Source: Treponemataceae bacterium
GTDB taxonomy: Bacteria; Spirochaetota; Spirochaetia; Treponematales; Rectinemataceae
Direction: 5' to 3'
Length of the DNA stretch: 64,000 bases
Assembly (NCBI GenBank): GCA_963667725.2
Contig: CAXXHO010000003.1
Location: 960,001 to 1,024,000 of the forward strand
The notes under the pieces were generated by a model. It was not told where the DNA came from and did no database searches. It saw nothing but the letters and a program-made list of their open reading frames with translations. This document shows positions 46,247 through 55,892 of this stretch, in pieces. The stretch's first letter is position 1. Each line of letters starts with the position of its first letter. The translations under genes and the position numbers were made by a program.

Positions 46247-47133
46247 CAGCATCCGGCTTCCTTCTCTTCGACAAGCCAGCGGGCAGGACATCCTTCGCCG
46301 CGCTTGGCGGATTCAGGAAAATTTTTCCCGGGGCCCGCGTGGGCCATACGGGTACGCTCGACAACTTCGCCACGGGACTGCTCGTGGTGGTGGTGGGAAG
46401 CTATAGCCACCTCACGCCCTGGTTCACGGGCCTCGACAAAGAATATGAAGCCGAAATTCGGTTTGGCCTGGGAACAGACACGCTTGATCCAGGCGGCGCC
46501 GTAACCGCCACGGGAGAGATTCCTTCCCTTACCGCCCTGGAAGCCTCCCTTGGCCCGTTCAGGGGCCTTATAGAGCAGATCCCTCCTGAATACTCCGCCA
46601 TACATGTTCAAGGGAAAAGGGCGTCTGACATGGCGCGGAAAGGCGAGGCCGTAAAGCTTCAGGCAAGGCCGATCACCATCCACTCCCTGGATCTCGTCGA
46701 TTATAAGGACGGCAAAGCGTCCGTGAAAGTTCATTGTTCATCCGGTACCTATATCCGCTCCCTCGCGAGGGACATAGCCGCGGCCTGCGGTACCTGCGCC
46801 CATGTCAGCGCGCTGAGAAGGACGAAAGTCGGGGCTTTTTCGGTAAGTGACGCCATTCAGTCGCCCGAAGAGGCCAGCGTCCAGACGCTCCATAGCTTCA
46901 CTCCCGAGACGGCCGGACTCCTGGGGCTGGGAACCATCAGCATCGCCAGGGAAGCGGAAGCCGCCTTCACGAACGGCCTTCCGGCCCTCCTTGTAGAACT
47001 CGGGGCTGGCCTTTCGCGCGACGGCGATCTGGCGGCCTTCTCCGGCGATGGGAGAATCTTGGGCGTTTTGGAGCGTCGTTCGGGCCTTCTCGCCTATAAA
47101 TTCGTCATGCCGAAGGGAGCGGGCGCCCGATGA
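46243..47133 (+). CDS. truB: tRNA pseudouridine(55) synthase TruB
   Basis: DKPAGRTS, GHTGTLD, KEY, QIPPEYSA, CSSGTYIRSLARD and LRRT. Confidence 0.95.
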   Translation: MTASGFLLFDKPAGRTSFAALGGFRKIFPGARVGHTGTLDNFATGLLVVVVGSYSHLTPWFTGLDKEYEAEIRFGLGTDTLDPGGAVTATGEIPSLTALEASLGPFRGLIEQIPPEYSAIHVQGKRASDMARKGEAVKLQARPITIHSLDLVDYKDGKASVKVHCSSGTYIRSLARDIAAACGTCAHVSALRRTKVGAFSVSDAIQSPEEASVQTLHSFTPETAGLLGLGTISIAREAEAAFTNGLPALLVELGAGLSRDGDLAAFSGDGRILGVLERRSGLLAYKFVMPKGAGAR

Positions 47134-47915
47134 ACATCCAGACCTGGTCAGAGTTCGCCGCCTCCAAAGGCCATGAGCCGCTTTCCGTGACGATAGGCGT
47201 ATTCGATGGCGTTCATCGAGGGCATCAAAGGCTGCTGGATGCCGTTCTGGCCAAAAAACCGGCCATGAAAAGCGCTGTCATCACCTTCGCCAACAATCCC
47301 AAGAAGATACTTCATCCTCAGTCTTTCAGGGGAAGCATCTTCAGCCTCCGGCAGAAGACCGACGCTTTCGCCAGGGCGAGTTTCGATCTTTGCGTACTGA
47401 TTGACTTTTCCCAGAATTTCGGTACACTTTCAGGCGCGGAATTCCTTTCGCTGCTTGCGAATGCGGGGGTAAAATTCGTCTGTGTCGGCCCGAATTTCAG
47501 ATGCGGCTACAAGATGGATACGAACGCGCAGGCCCTCGCTGAAATCTGCGGGACGCTCGGAATGGAAGCGCGGATAGCCGAGCCGGTCATGTATGGCGGA
47601 CATCCCGTGAGCTCGAGCAGGATAAGGAACGCGATTCTCGAAGGCAGGCTTGGCGAGGCCGCCGACATGCTGGGAAGGCCCCATATCGTCGATATCGAAA
47701 CGGTGGATACAAGCGTTTCCGGCGGTTTCGTTTTAAAGCCGGTGGAAGACGCGGTGCTTCCGCCCGCAGGCGTCTACAGGATCATCATGGATCCGGATAC
47801 GGGGAATACGATGATTTCTGCCCGCATCGAGAACGGGGAGATCATCACGGGAACTTTTGAACTACGCGACGTGAAACGCGCCGCGATAATAAACTTGGTA
47901 TCACAAGAGTGGTAA
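47130..47915 (+). CDS. ribF: FAD synthetase (RibF-like) with a degenerate or truncated riboflavin kinase domain
   Basis: IGVFDGVHRGH, GPNFRCG and VSSSRIR...LGRP. The C-terminal part lacks the PTAN kinase motif. Confidence 0.85.
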   Translation: MNIQTWSEFAASKGHEPLSVTIGVFDGVHRGHQRLLDAVLAKKPAMKSAVITFANNPKKILHPQSFRGSIFSLRQKTDAFARASFDLCVLIDFSQNFGTLSGAEFLSLLANAGVKFVCVGPNFRCGYKMDTNAQALAEICGTLGMEARIAEPVMYGGHPVSSSRIRNAILEGRLGEAADMLGRPHIVDIETVDTSVSGGFVLKPVEDAVLPPAGVYRIIMDPDTGNTMISARIENGEIITGTFELRDVKRAAIINLVSQEW

Positions 47916-47928
47916 GGAGAAATAGAAG

Positions 47929-48198
47929 ATGGCATTGACCAAAGAGGACAAGGCCCAGGTCGTACTCGAGTACGGCACCAACGAGAAGAATACCGGATCG
48001 ATCGAGACGCAGGTAGCCCTGCTCACCAAAAGGATCACCGACCTCACCGATCATTTCAAGACTCATAAAAAGGATACAAACTCCAGGCGCGGCCTGCTGA
48101 AAGTTGTCGGTCAGCGACGCAAGCTGCTCAAATATCTTCAGAGGACCAACCTCGAAGGTTACAGAGCGCTCGTCGAGAAGCTTCAGATCAGGAAGTGA
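47929..48198 (+). CDS. rpsO: 30S ribosomal protein S15
   Basis: [13 protein letters not shown] and [32 protein letters not shown] Shine-Dalgarno. Confidence 0.97.
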   Translation: MALTKEDKAQVVLEYGTNEKNTGSIETQVALLTKRITDLTDHFKTHKKDTNSRRGLLKVVGQRRKLLKYLQRTNLEGYRALVEKLQIRK

Positions 48199-48211
48199 TT
48201 GTGGATGAGTT

Positions 48212-48296
48212 ACAGGAAATCAGGCCCGGCCGCAGTTTATGCGCACGGGCCTTTTCCTGTTGTTCCGGCCTTGCCCGGAACCTGCGGTCTAGGCCG
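48212..48296 (+). promoter_or_regulatory. Long imperfect hairpins in the rpsO-pnp intergenic leader
   Basis: acaggaaa/tttcctgt, aggcccg/cgggcct and cgca/tgcg form a nested stem at 48212-48260. A second stem cggcct/aggccg lies at 48266-48296. Confidence 0.55.
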
Positions 48297-48311
48297 TAAA
48301 AAGGAAGAAAA

Positions 48312-50501
48312 ATGGTACATTCAGTAAGTTGCCAGATCGGCAACGAAACCCTGGTCCTGGAGACCGGCCGCATGGCAAAACAGGCTGGCGGCGCGGTGTT
48401 CGCGACCTACGGTGGTTCGGCCGTCCTCGCGACCGCTTGCTGCTCCGAAAAAGTGACGGAAGGCCTGGATTTCGTTCCCCTCACCGTCGAGTACAACGAA
48501 AAATATTATGCCGCCGGCAAGATTCCCGGCGGTTTCATCAAGAGGGAATCCCGTCCCAAGGACAAGGAAATCCTCGTATCGCGAATCATAGACAGGCCCA
48601 TGCGCCCGCTCTTCGACAAGGCCTTCGGCAGGGAAATCCAGGTCGTTCCGACCTGCCTTTCGACGGATAACGTCAATCCTCCGGACATCGTGGCGATCAA
48701 CGCGGCCAGCGCGGCAGTCCATATCTCCGACATTCCCTTCGCCGGTCCTATCGCGGCCGTCCGCGTGGCTCTCGTCGATGACAAGTACGTCGTCAACCCC
48801 ACCTTCGAGCAGTGCGAGACCGCCAAACTCGAGATCACCGTCTCGGGCACAGCGGCGGGCATCACCATGGTCGAGGGCGGATCCCACGAAGTCTCCGAAG
48901 AGGAGATGATCGGGGCCATCGAGTGCGCCAAGGAACCCATCGCCAAGATCTGCGCCATGATCGTGGAACTCCGCGGCCTCGCCGGCAAGGATAAGCTCCC
49001 CCTCGCGCCCCTCAAGGTCACCCTGAACAAGGAAGAAGAGATCCGCGCTTTCGCTGCGCCGCTCCTCTCCGCGGCCCTCTTCGTGAAAGTGAAGCAGGAA
49101 CGCTACCTGGCCGTGCGCGCCGCCATCAAGCAGACCCAGGAAACCTTCGCCGAAGTCCTCGACTGCGAGGTGCAGCAGAAGCTCTTCTCCGCCCTCATGG
49201 AGGACCTCCAGTACCATATTCTCAGGAACGGCATCCTCGACAAGGGACTGCGCGTCGATGGCCGCGGTCTAGAGGACGTGCGCCCGATCACCTGCGAAAT
49301 CAACGTTCTCCCGAGAACCCACGGTTCGGCCCTCTTCACGCGCGGCGAAACCCAGGCTCTCGCCGTTACCACGCTCGGAACCATTCTCGACGAGCAGATC
49401 CTGGACGACATCGAAGGCGATCGTCGCGACCGCTTCATGCTGCACTACAACTTCCCCCCCTTCTCGGTAGGCGAAACCGGACGTCTGGGAACGGGAAGAC
49501 GAGAAATCGGCCACGGCAGCCTTGCGCGCCGCGCCATTGAGGTCATGCTCCCGCCCAAAGATAAGTTCCCGTACACCATCCGCGTCGTCTCCGAGGTCCT
49601 GGAATCCAACGGTTCCTCTTCCATGGCGACCGTCTGCGGTTCCTCCCTCTCCCTGATGAGCGCCGGCGTTCCGATGCGCAAACCCGTGGCGGGCATCGCC
49701 ATGGGACTTATCACCGACGAGACCCGCTTCGCCGTGCTCACCGACATCCTCGGCGACGAGGACCATCTCGGCGACATGGATTTCAAGGTAGCCGGAACGA
49801 AGGACGGCATCACCGCCTTCCAGATGGACATCAAGATTTCCTCGGTCAGCACCGAAATCCTCACCAAGGCTCTCGCCCAGGCGAAGCGCGGTAGGATGCA
49901 TATTCTCGGCATCATGGAGAAGACGCTCTCCGTGCCCTCTGAAGACATCTCCGCATACGCTCCCAAGGTCGTCAGCGTCAAGGTAGACCAGGAAAAGATC
50001 GGCGCCATCATCGGGCCGGGCGGCAAGAACATCAAGGGAATGTCCGAGAAGTACGACGTCCAGATCAACATCGACGAGGAAGGCACCGTCACCATCTACG
50101 GCAAGAATCAGAAAGCCGCCTATGACGCGCGCGACGCCGTCCTCAGCATGGTCGAGGAACCGGAGATCGGGAAGATCTACGACGGCACCGTCAAGCGGGT
50201 CATGGAATTCGGCGCCTTCATCGAGATCATGCCGGGCAAGGAAGGACTCTGCCATATATCGAAACTCGCCAAGGGCCGGGTGGAACGCGTAAGCGATGTG
50301 GTCAAGGAAGGCGACGCGGTAAAGGTCAAGCTCATGGAAATCGATCACATGGGAAGACTCAACCTCGCCATGCTCGAAGCTCTCGACGAGAACGGACAGC
50401 TGCCGCCCCAGAGCCGCGACGACAGGCCGCCGAGAGACGACCGCGGTCCCAGGGAGCCTCGCAGGTTTGACGACCGGAGGGATTCGTCCCGCAGACGCTG
50501 A
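48312..50501 (+). CDS. pnp: Polyribonucleotide nucleotidyltransferase (PNPase)
   Basis: ETGRMAKQA, DRPMRPLF, FTRGETQ, RREIGHG and GDMDFKVAG, followed by KH and S1 domains. Confidence 0.98.
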   Translation: MVHSVSCQIGNETLVLETGRMAKQAGGAVFATYGGSAVLATACCSEKVTEGLDFVPLTVEYNEKYYAAGKIPGGFIKRESRPKDKEILVSRIIDRPMRPLFDKAFGREIQVVPTCLSTDNVNPPDIVAINAASAAVHISDIPFAGPIAAVRVALVDDKYVVNPTFEQCETAKLEITVSGTAAGITMVEGGSHEVSEEEMIGAIECAKEPIAKICAMIVELRGLAGKDKLPLAPLKVTLNKEEEIRAFAAPLLSAALFVKVKQERYLAVRAAIKQTQETFAEVLDCEVQQKLFSALMEDLQYHILRNGILDKGLRVDGRGLEDVRPITCEINVLPRTHGSALFTRGETQALAVTTLGTILDEQILDDIEGDRRDRFMLHYNFPPFSVGETGRLGTGRREIGHGSLARRAIEVMLPPKDKFPYTIRVVSEVLESNGSSSMATVCGSSLSLMSAGVPMRKPVAGIAMGLITDETRFAVLTDILGDEDHLGDMDFKVAGTKDGITAFQMDIKISSVSTEILTKALAQAKRGRMHILGIMEKTLSVPSEDISAYAPKVVSVKVDQEKIGAIIGPGGKNIKGMSEKYDVQINIDEEGTVTIYGKNQKAAYDARDAVLSMVEEPEIGKIYDGTVKRVMEFGAFIEIMPGKEGLCHISKLAKGRVERVSDVVKEGDAVKVKLMEIDHMGRLNLAMLEALDENGQLPPQSRDDRPPRDDRGPREPRRFDDRRDSSRRR

Positions 50502-50514
50502 ATCTGACGTTTTT

Positions 50515-51846
50515 ATGATACAACCCAAAATCCTGTCGGCCGGAGCGGCCCTGCTCTCCGAGAGCCGGCGGGATTCTCCCAGTTTTACCGTCTCGATCTG
50601 GTTTCCCTACGGATCCAGGAATGAAGCCCCGATGAATCGGGGCTTCGTTCATTTCGTCGAGCACATGCTCTTCAAGGGCACGAAACGGCACGACGCTTTC
50701 TCCCTCTGGCGGGCCATAGAACGCACCGGCGGCTACGCCAACGGCTTCACCGAGCGCGACTGCATCTGCGTTTACTGCTGCGTTCCCTCCAGGGACTGGC
50801 GCCTTGCCACGGAACTCATCGCGGAAGCGGCTTTTTCCTCCACCTTTCCCGTACAGGAGTTCGAAAAGGAAAAGCAGGTCATCCTTTCGGAAATCCTGCA
50901 GATAGAGGACGACGTCGAGGAGACCGCCTTCGATGCCTTCCTCGCCCATTTCTGGCCTGACCATCCCGCCGCCAAGCCCATCGGGGGCAGCTGCGCCGAG
51001 GTGGAAGCCATAGACCGCGGCCGGCTCTTCGACTTCTACCGCGGCCTGTTCACTGTTTCGAACGCGATAATCGCTGCATCGGGCGATTTTGACGAGGCCG
51101 GACTCGCGGAATTCATGGATGAGGCGATAGCCAAGGCCGCGGTCTCGGACGGAGCATCGGCTGACGCCGCAGCTGGAAGAGCCGTAGCTGGAACCTCGGC
51201 TGAAGCCGTCAGCGCGGTATTCTCGCTCGCGTATCCTGGGACTCCCGCCGCCAGGGCTTTCCGGGGTTACACCAAGGCCCCCAGTTCGCAGATCTATTAT
51301 TTCGACGCTCTCCAGCTCGACGCCCCCCTCGCCATGAAGGATTTTTTCTGCCTGAGCGCTATAAACGGCATCCTGGGCGAAGCTTCCACCTCCAGGCTTT
51401 TTCAGAAGGTGAGGGAAAAATTGGGTCTGGCCTATACGGTACAGTCCTCCCTGTCCTTTTCCCGCACAGAGGCGCTCGTGGCCATTCAAGTGGTGATGGG
51501 AGACAATAAGTTCGTGGAATGCGTGAACGCGGTGGACGAAGAGACGAAGGCGCTCTTTGCATCGACGCTCTCAGACGAGGAGCTGACCGAAGCCGCATCG
51601 AGGCTGGCCGGCAGCTTTGTCCTCTCCCTCGAGGATCCGGAATCCAGGATCAGAAGGCTGGCCAGCTGGTATATGACGCTGGGAAAGATCCCCGATATAG
51701 AGGAAGAGCGACAAATGTACCTCAACGTGGAAAGGGACGATGTCCTGGCCTTGCTGACGCGGCTCGCTTCGGCCCGCAGGGGACGATACGCCTACGGCAG
51801 CATAAAGCCCAGAACGGCTCGAACGCTCGGCCTGGAGGAGATATAA
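50515..51846 (+). CDS. M16 family zinc peptidase
   Basis: GSRNE, HFVEHMLFKGT (HxxEH), NGFT and SRLFQKVREKLGLAY. Usual position after pnp. Confidence 0.9.
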   Translation: MIQPKILSAGAALLSESRRDSPSFTVSIWFPYGSRNEAPMNRGFVHFVEHMLFKGTKRHDAFSLWRAIERTGGYANGFTERDCICVYCCVPSRDWRLATELIAEAAFSSTFPVQEFEKEKQVILSEILQIEDDVEETAFDAFLAHFWPDHPAAKPIGGSCAEVEAIDRGRLFDFYRGLFTVSNAIIAASGDFDEAGLAEFMDEAIAKAAVSDGASADAAAGRAVAGTSAEAVSAVFSLAYPGTPAARAFRGYTKAPSSQIYYFDALQLDAPLAMKDFFCLSAINGILGEASTSRLFQKVREKLGLAYTVQSSLSFSRTEALVAIQVVMGDNKFVECVNAVDEETKALFASTLSDEELTEAASRLAGSFVLSLEDPESRIRRLASWYMTLGKIPDIEEERQMYLNVERDDVLALLTRLASARRGRYAYGSIKPRTARTLGLEEI

Positions 51847-51847
51847 G

Positions 51848-52288
51848 ATGGATTCGATCCGCGTACCGGTTATCCTCGAGGAGGGAGCCCGGCTCCCCGA
51901 ATACAAAACCAGGGGATCGGCCGGCGCCGACCTCTATGCGAACATAGCCGAGACTCTTCGGCTCATGCCCATGGAAAGACGGGCCGTTCCGACGGGGCTT
52001 CGCATGGAGCTTCCCCCCGGGTATGAGGCCCAGGTCAGGCCGAGGTCAGGGCTGGCGCTGGAGAAGGGCGTCACCTGCCTCAACAGCCCTGGCACGATCG
52101 ATTCGGACTATCGAGGGGAGATCAAGGTGATTCTCGTCAATCTGGGGAACGCGGAAGCGCGCATCGAACCAGGCGACAGGATAGCGCAGCTCGTGATCGC
52201 AAGGTATACTGAGGCTGCCTTCGAGCCAGAAAGGGCGATCGGAAAATCCGATCGCGGCGATGGGGGATTCGGCTCGACAGGTGCGTAG
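51848..52288 (+). CDS. dut: dUTP diphosphatase
   Basis: AGADL, RPRSG, GTIDSDYRGE, RIAQ and RGDGGFGSTG. Confidence 0.97.
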   Translation: MDSIRVPVILEEGARLPEYKTRGSAGADLYANIAETLRLMPMERRAVPTGLRMELPPGYEAQVRPRSGLALEKGVTCLNSPGTIDSDYRGEIKVILVNLGNAEARIEPGDRIAQLVIARYTEAAFEPERAIGKSDRGDGGFGSTGA

Positions 52289-52316
52289 CCAGTAAGGTCC
52301 CAGGAGGTCTTCGTTG

Positions 52317-53636
52317 ATGGCAAGGAGGACGGATGCGGCAATATCGCGCGGATTTCCTTTCACCGCGCTCTTTTATATCGTCCGCGAGTTCTGCCTTTCC
52401 TTCGCGATATCCTTTCTTTTCTTCTTTGTCGTCTTTTTCATAAACCAGATACTTCTCCTGGCCGAGGATATCCTTGCCAAGAGCGCCCCCCTGGACCAGA
52501 CCCTTCTTCTACTTCTCTATTCCCTTCCATCGGTCGTCGCCATCGCCGCACCATTCTCGGCCCTGGCCGGCGCTCTCATGACATCAGCCAGGATGAATAC
52601 CGACAATGAAATACTCGCTTTTTCCGCGGTCGGGATTTCGCCGGCCGCGCTCTACGCTCCCTTCCTGATTATGGGCCTCGTAGCCTCCCTTCTTTCCTTC
52701 GCGGCCAACGATTATTTCCTTCCTCGCAGCGCCGTGGCTTTTCGCAAGGTCTATGGCCAGCTCGTCGCGCGTTCCGCTTCCATCGAGTTGACGCCTTATT
52801 CGGTAAAACGCTATTCGCAGACCGTTGTCGTGACGGGAGCGGGAAAAAGCGGCGATATCGGGGATATCCTCCTTTTCGAGTCGGGCGGGAAAACGGCCGA
52901 CAAGGTCATGGCGGCGGGAAGGGCCAGCATCGTCATAGACCCGAGCGGAAACGGCGCGATCATAAAAATGACCGACGTACTGGAGCACTCCGTCGTCCTG
53001 ACCGAGGACAGCAAATTTTCGGTTTCCCGTGCCGACACGTTGTTCTACCGTTTCGTGCTCAAGGAACCGATAGTCGGTTTTTCCGGCAACAGCCCTTCTG
53101 AGATGAGCTCCGGAGATTTGCTGGTCAATCTGCGGAAGAAAAAAAGCACCCTAGAGGCGCGGAAAAGGGATGTGGCTAAGCAGAGCGCCGAAGCCAGAGC
53201 CCGCATGATGGATGACTATCGACAGAAAGATCCCTTACCCGGAAACCGGCCGGATTCCCCGGAAAACGAAAAGAGACTCCAGCGGTCCATCACCGTCCTT
53301 CGACAAACCCAGACTTCGCCCCCTTCGGACCGGTCGCTTCAGATCTATGAACTCGAATACAACAAGAAGTTCGCCATTCCCGCGGCGGCTTTTTTCTTTT
53401 CGCTTCTGGCCTTTCCTCTCGGACTCGGGACGAGAAGAGCCGGAAGAACGGCCGGCTTCGGCATGGCGCTGCTCTTGTCCACGCTTTACTGGGGCCTTCT
53501 CTTTGCCGGCCAGACCGCCGGACTGCGCAGCCGCATCCCGCCGGCCCTCGCCATGTGGGCGCCCAACGCCCTTGTCCTGGTTGCCGCTATCCTGGCCTGG
53601 GTGATACGCCACAAAGGCAAGAGGCGAAGCATATGA
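52317..53636 (+). CDS. lptF: LptF/LptG family permease (LptF-like)
   Basis: Three TM helices, a periplasmic domain, then three TM helices. DNEILAF, KKFAIP and WAPN. Confidence 0.8.
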   Translation: MARRTDAAISRGFPFTALFYIVREFCLSFAISFLFFFVVFFINQILLLAEDILAKSAPLDQTLLLLLYSLPSVVAIAAPFSALAGALMTSARMNTDNEILAFSAVGISPAALYAPFLIMGLVASLLSFAANDYFLPRSAVAFRKVYGQLVARSASIELTPYSVKRYSQTVVVTGAGKSGDIGDILLFESGGKTADKVMAAGRASIVIDPSGNGAIIKMTDVLEHSVVLTEDSKFSVSRADTLFYRFVLKEPIVGFSGNSPSEMSSGDLLVNLRKKKSTLEARKRDVAKQSAEARARMMDDYRQKDPLPGNRPDSPENEKRLQRSITVLRQTQTSPPSDRSLQIYELEYNKKFAIPAAAFFFSLLAFPLGLGTRRAGRTAGFGMALLLSTLYWGLLFAGQTAGLRSRIPPALAMWAPNALVLVAAILAWVIRHKGKRRSI

Positions 53637-54724
53637 GAACCGGTCCCAGACTCCTGCGACGCCTTCTCTTCAGGCAGACCATGCTGCGCTTTTTGGGCGG
53701 GGAGGCTTTTCTAGTCGGGATAATGATGCTCGCCGACCTCTTCTCCTCCATGTGGCGCCTCCTGGCCATGGACGCTCCCATCGGCAGTATCCTCGTCTGG
53801 CTGGCCGCCGGAATTCCCGCACACGTCACGGAAGTGCTTCCCATCGCCTACCTTTTCGGCATCACGCTGAGCCTCGCCGAGATGCATGCCGACGGGGAAC
53901 TGCTCGTCGTCTGGGGCTCGGGCATCAGCGTGCAGAGTCTGAGCCTTCCTATCCTGGCTTTTTCCGCCATCATGGCGGGAACCATGTTCGTCGCGAACGA
54001 TATGGTTACGATTCCGGCCTCGGCTGAGCGCGACCGTCTCTTCAGGACGATGACAGGGCAAAAGGGGCAGGGCAGCCAGATATCGGACATCACGATCATG
54101 GCCGACGGAGGCTCCTTCGTTTACAGGGTGGGATACTACGATCCCACGGCCAGAAGAATCGTGGATGTGGATATTATCGAAAGGAATGCTTCGGGCGAGT
54201 TCCTCGCGAGAATTCAGTCTCCACGCGCCGATTGGACGGGGGAGAGCTGGAAATTCCAGGAAGCGAGGATTTTTTTCAGGCAGGCATCGGGTGGATGGAC
54301 GGAGAAGACCGAGGCCGAGTATTCCCGCCCTGACCTGAACGAGGGACCCGATTCCTTCGGAATATTGAGGGAAAAGCCTCCCCTCATGAAGACCGCCGAA
54401 CTCGCGTCCTATATCAGGGTGCTCCGGGATTCTGGACTGCCCTCCGTCGAGGCGCGAACCGAATACCACAAGCGATTTTCCCTGATCTTCACGCCTTTCA
54501 TCGTCTATGGGCTTTCCATCGCCTTCGCCGGGCTTTTCAGGAAGAACTCGCTGCTGATGAGCCTCCTTTTCAGCCTCAGCACCGCCACGGTATATTATGT
54601 CGCGCAGATGCTCGGCGCCCTTTCCTCCAAGACCGGCTGGGTTTCACCCGGTTTCGGCATCTGGAGCGTTACCGTCGCCTTCATCGTCGTTTCGACGCTG
54701 GGCTATCTGAAAGCCAAAACATAA
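53633..54724 (+). CDS. lptG: LptF/LptG family permease (LptG-like)
   Basis: DGELLVVWGSGIS and EYHKRFS; six TM helices; tandem with lptF. ATG overlaps the upstream stop. Confidence 0.8.
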   Translation: MRTGPRLLRRLLFRQTMLRFLGGEAFLVGIMMLADLFSSMWRLLAMDAPIGSILVWLAAGIPAHVTEVLPIAYLFGITLSLAEMHADGELLVVWGSGISVQSLSLPILAFSAIMAGTMFVANDMVTIPASAERDRLFRTMTGQKGQGSQISDITIMADGGSFVYRVGYYDPTARRIVDVDIIERNASGEFLARIQSPRADWTGESWKFQEARIFFRQASGGWTEKTEAEYSRPDLNEGPDSFGILREKPPLMKTAELASYIRVLRDSGLPSVEARTEYHKRFSLIFTPFIVYGLSIAFAGLFRKNSLLMSLLFSLSTATVYYVAQMLGALSSKTGWVSPGFGIWSVTVAFIVVSTLGYLKAKT

Positions 54725-54734
54725 AGGATCGCGA

Positions 54735-55892
54735 ATGATCAATTCCGGAATATTCATAGAAGGACACAGGGACTCGGGTTCGCGGGCGAGAACCGGCGAG
54801 ATCCATCTTCCTCATGGAATCGTCCAGACACCAGCTTTCATGCCCGTGGGCACCAACGCGACGGTGAAGGCCGTTCCTCCGGAAGACCTGCAGGCCATGG
54901 GCTTCAAGATAATCCTCGCCAACACCTACCACCTCTATCTCAGGCCAGGCCACGAACTCATCAAGGCCGCCGGGGGACTGCATGGCTTTTCGGGCTGGAA
55001 GGGCAACTTCCTCACCGACTCGGGCGGTTTCCAGGTGTTTTCGCTCTCCCCGCTCAGGAAGATTACCGAGGAAGGCGTGAAATTCCGCTCGCACATTGAC
55101 GGCTCGAGCCATTTCCTGAGCCCGGAAAAGGTGGTGGAAGTCCAGACGGCCTTCAATTCGGATATACAGATGCAGCTGGATATCTGTTCGCCCTGGGGCG
55201 AGGATGAAAAGAAAGCGCAGAAGGACATGAACCTCACCCATGCCTGGGCGCGCCGCGCCAAGGCGGCATGGGAGAAGGCGAGGGACGAGGATGGCTACCA
55301 GGGGAAGCTCTTCGGCATCGTCCAAGGCAATTTCTACAAAAACCTCAGGCAGGAAAGCGTCGAGCGGATCGCCGAGCTGGATCTCCCCGGCATCGCCATA
55401 GGCGGACTCTCAGTGGGCGAGCCCAAGGAAGTCTTCAACGAAATGCTGGAGCATACGGCGGCGCTCCTCCCCTCAGACAAACCGCGCTACCTGATGGGCA
55501 TAGGAACGCCCGATTACATACTGGAGGCAGTCCGCAACGGCATAGACATCTTCGATTGCGTGTACCCCACCAGAACCGCGCGCAACGGCCTTTTATTCAC
55601 TTCAGCCGGACAGATCGTCATCAAGAAAGCGGTCTATGAGCACGACTTCTCCCCCATAGATCCCGAGTGCTCCTGCCCGGTCTGCCTCAACCATTCGAGG
55701 GCATATCTGCGCCATCTGTACCGGAACGGGGAAATTCTCTATTCGATACTTGCTACGAGACATAATCTCCATTTCCTCGGCGACCTCGTACGCAGCATCA
55801 GGCTCGCCATCCTTCAGGATCGGTTTGAGGCTTTCCGCGCCGAATTCCTCAAGCGATACGCAGGACAGAAGAATGTCGAGGATGAGAATTAA
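54735..55892 (+). CDS. tgt: tRNA-guanine transglycosylase
   Basis: TPAFMPVGT, LANTYHL, TDSGGFQ, GGLSVGE, DIFDCV and a CSCPVC zinc site. Confidence 0.97.
   Translation: MINSGIFIEGHRDSGSRARTGEIHLPHGIVQTPAFMPVGTNATVKAVPPEDLQAMGFKIILANTYHLYLRPGHELIKAAGGLHGFSGWKGNFLTDSGGFQVFSLSPLRKITEEGVKFRSHIDGSSHFLSPEKVVEVQTAFNSDIQMQLDICSPWGEDEKKAQKDMNLTHAWARRAKAAWEKARDEDGYQGKLFGIVQGNFYKNLRQESVERIAELDLPGIAIGGLSVGEPKEVFNEMLEHTAALLPSDKPRYLMGIGTPDYILEAVRNGIDIFDCVYPTRTARNGLLFTSAGQIVIKKAVYEHDFSPIDPECSCPVCLNHSRAYLRHLYRNGEILYSILATRHNLHFLGDLVRSIRLAILQDRFEAFRAEFLKRYAGQKNVEDEN

Noticed and set aside
47401..47428. Internal promoter-like TTGACT-16 nt-TACACT inside ribF
   Set aside because: The spacing is suboptimal, it lies ~500 nt from rpsO, and it can be explained by the coding sequence. 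It cannot be supported without TSS data.
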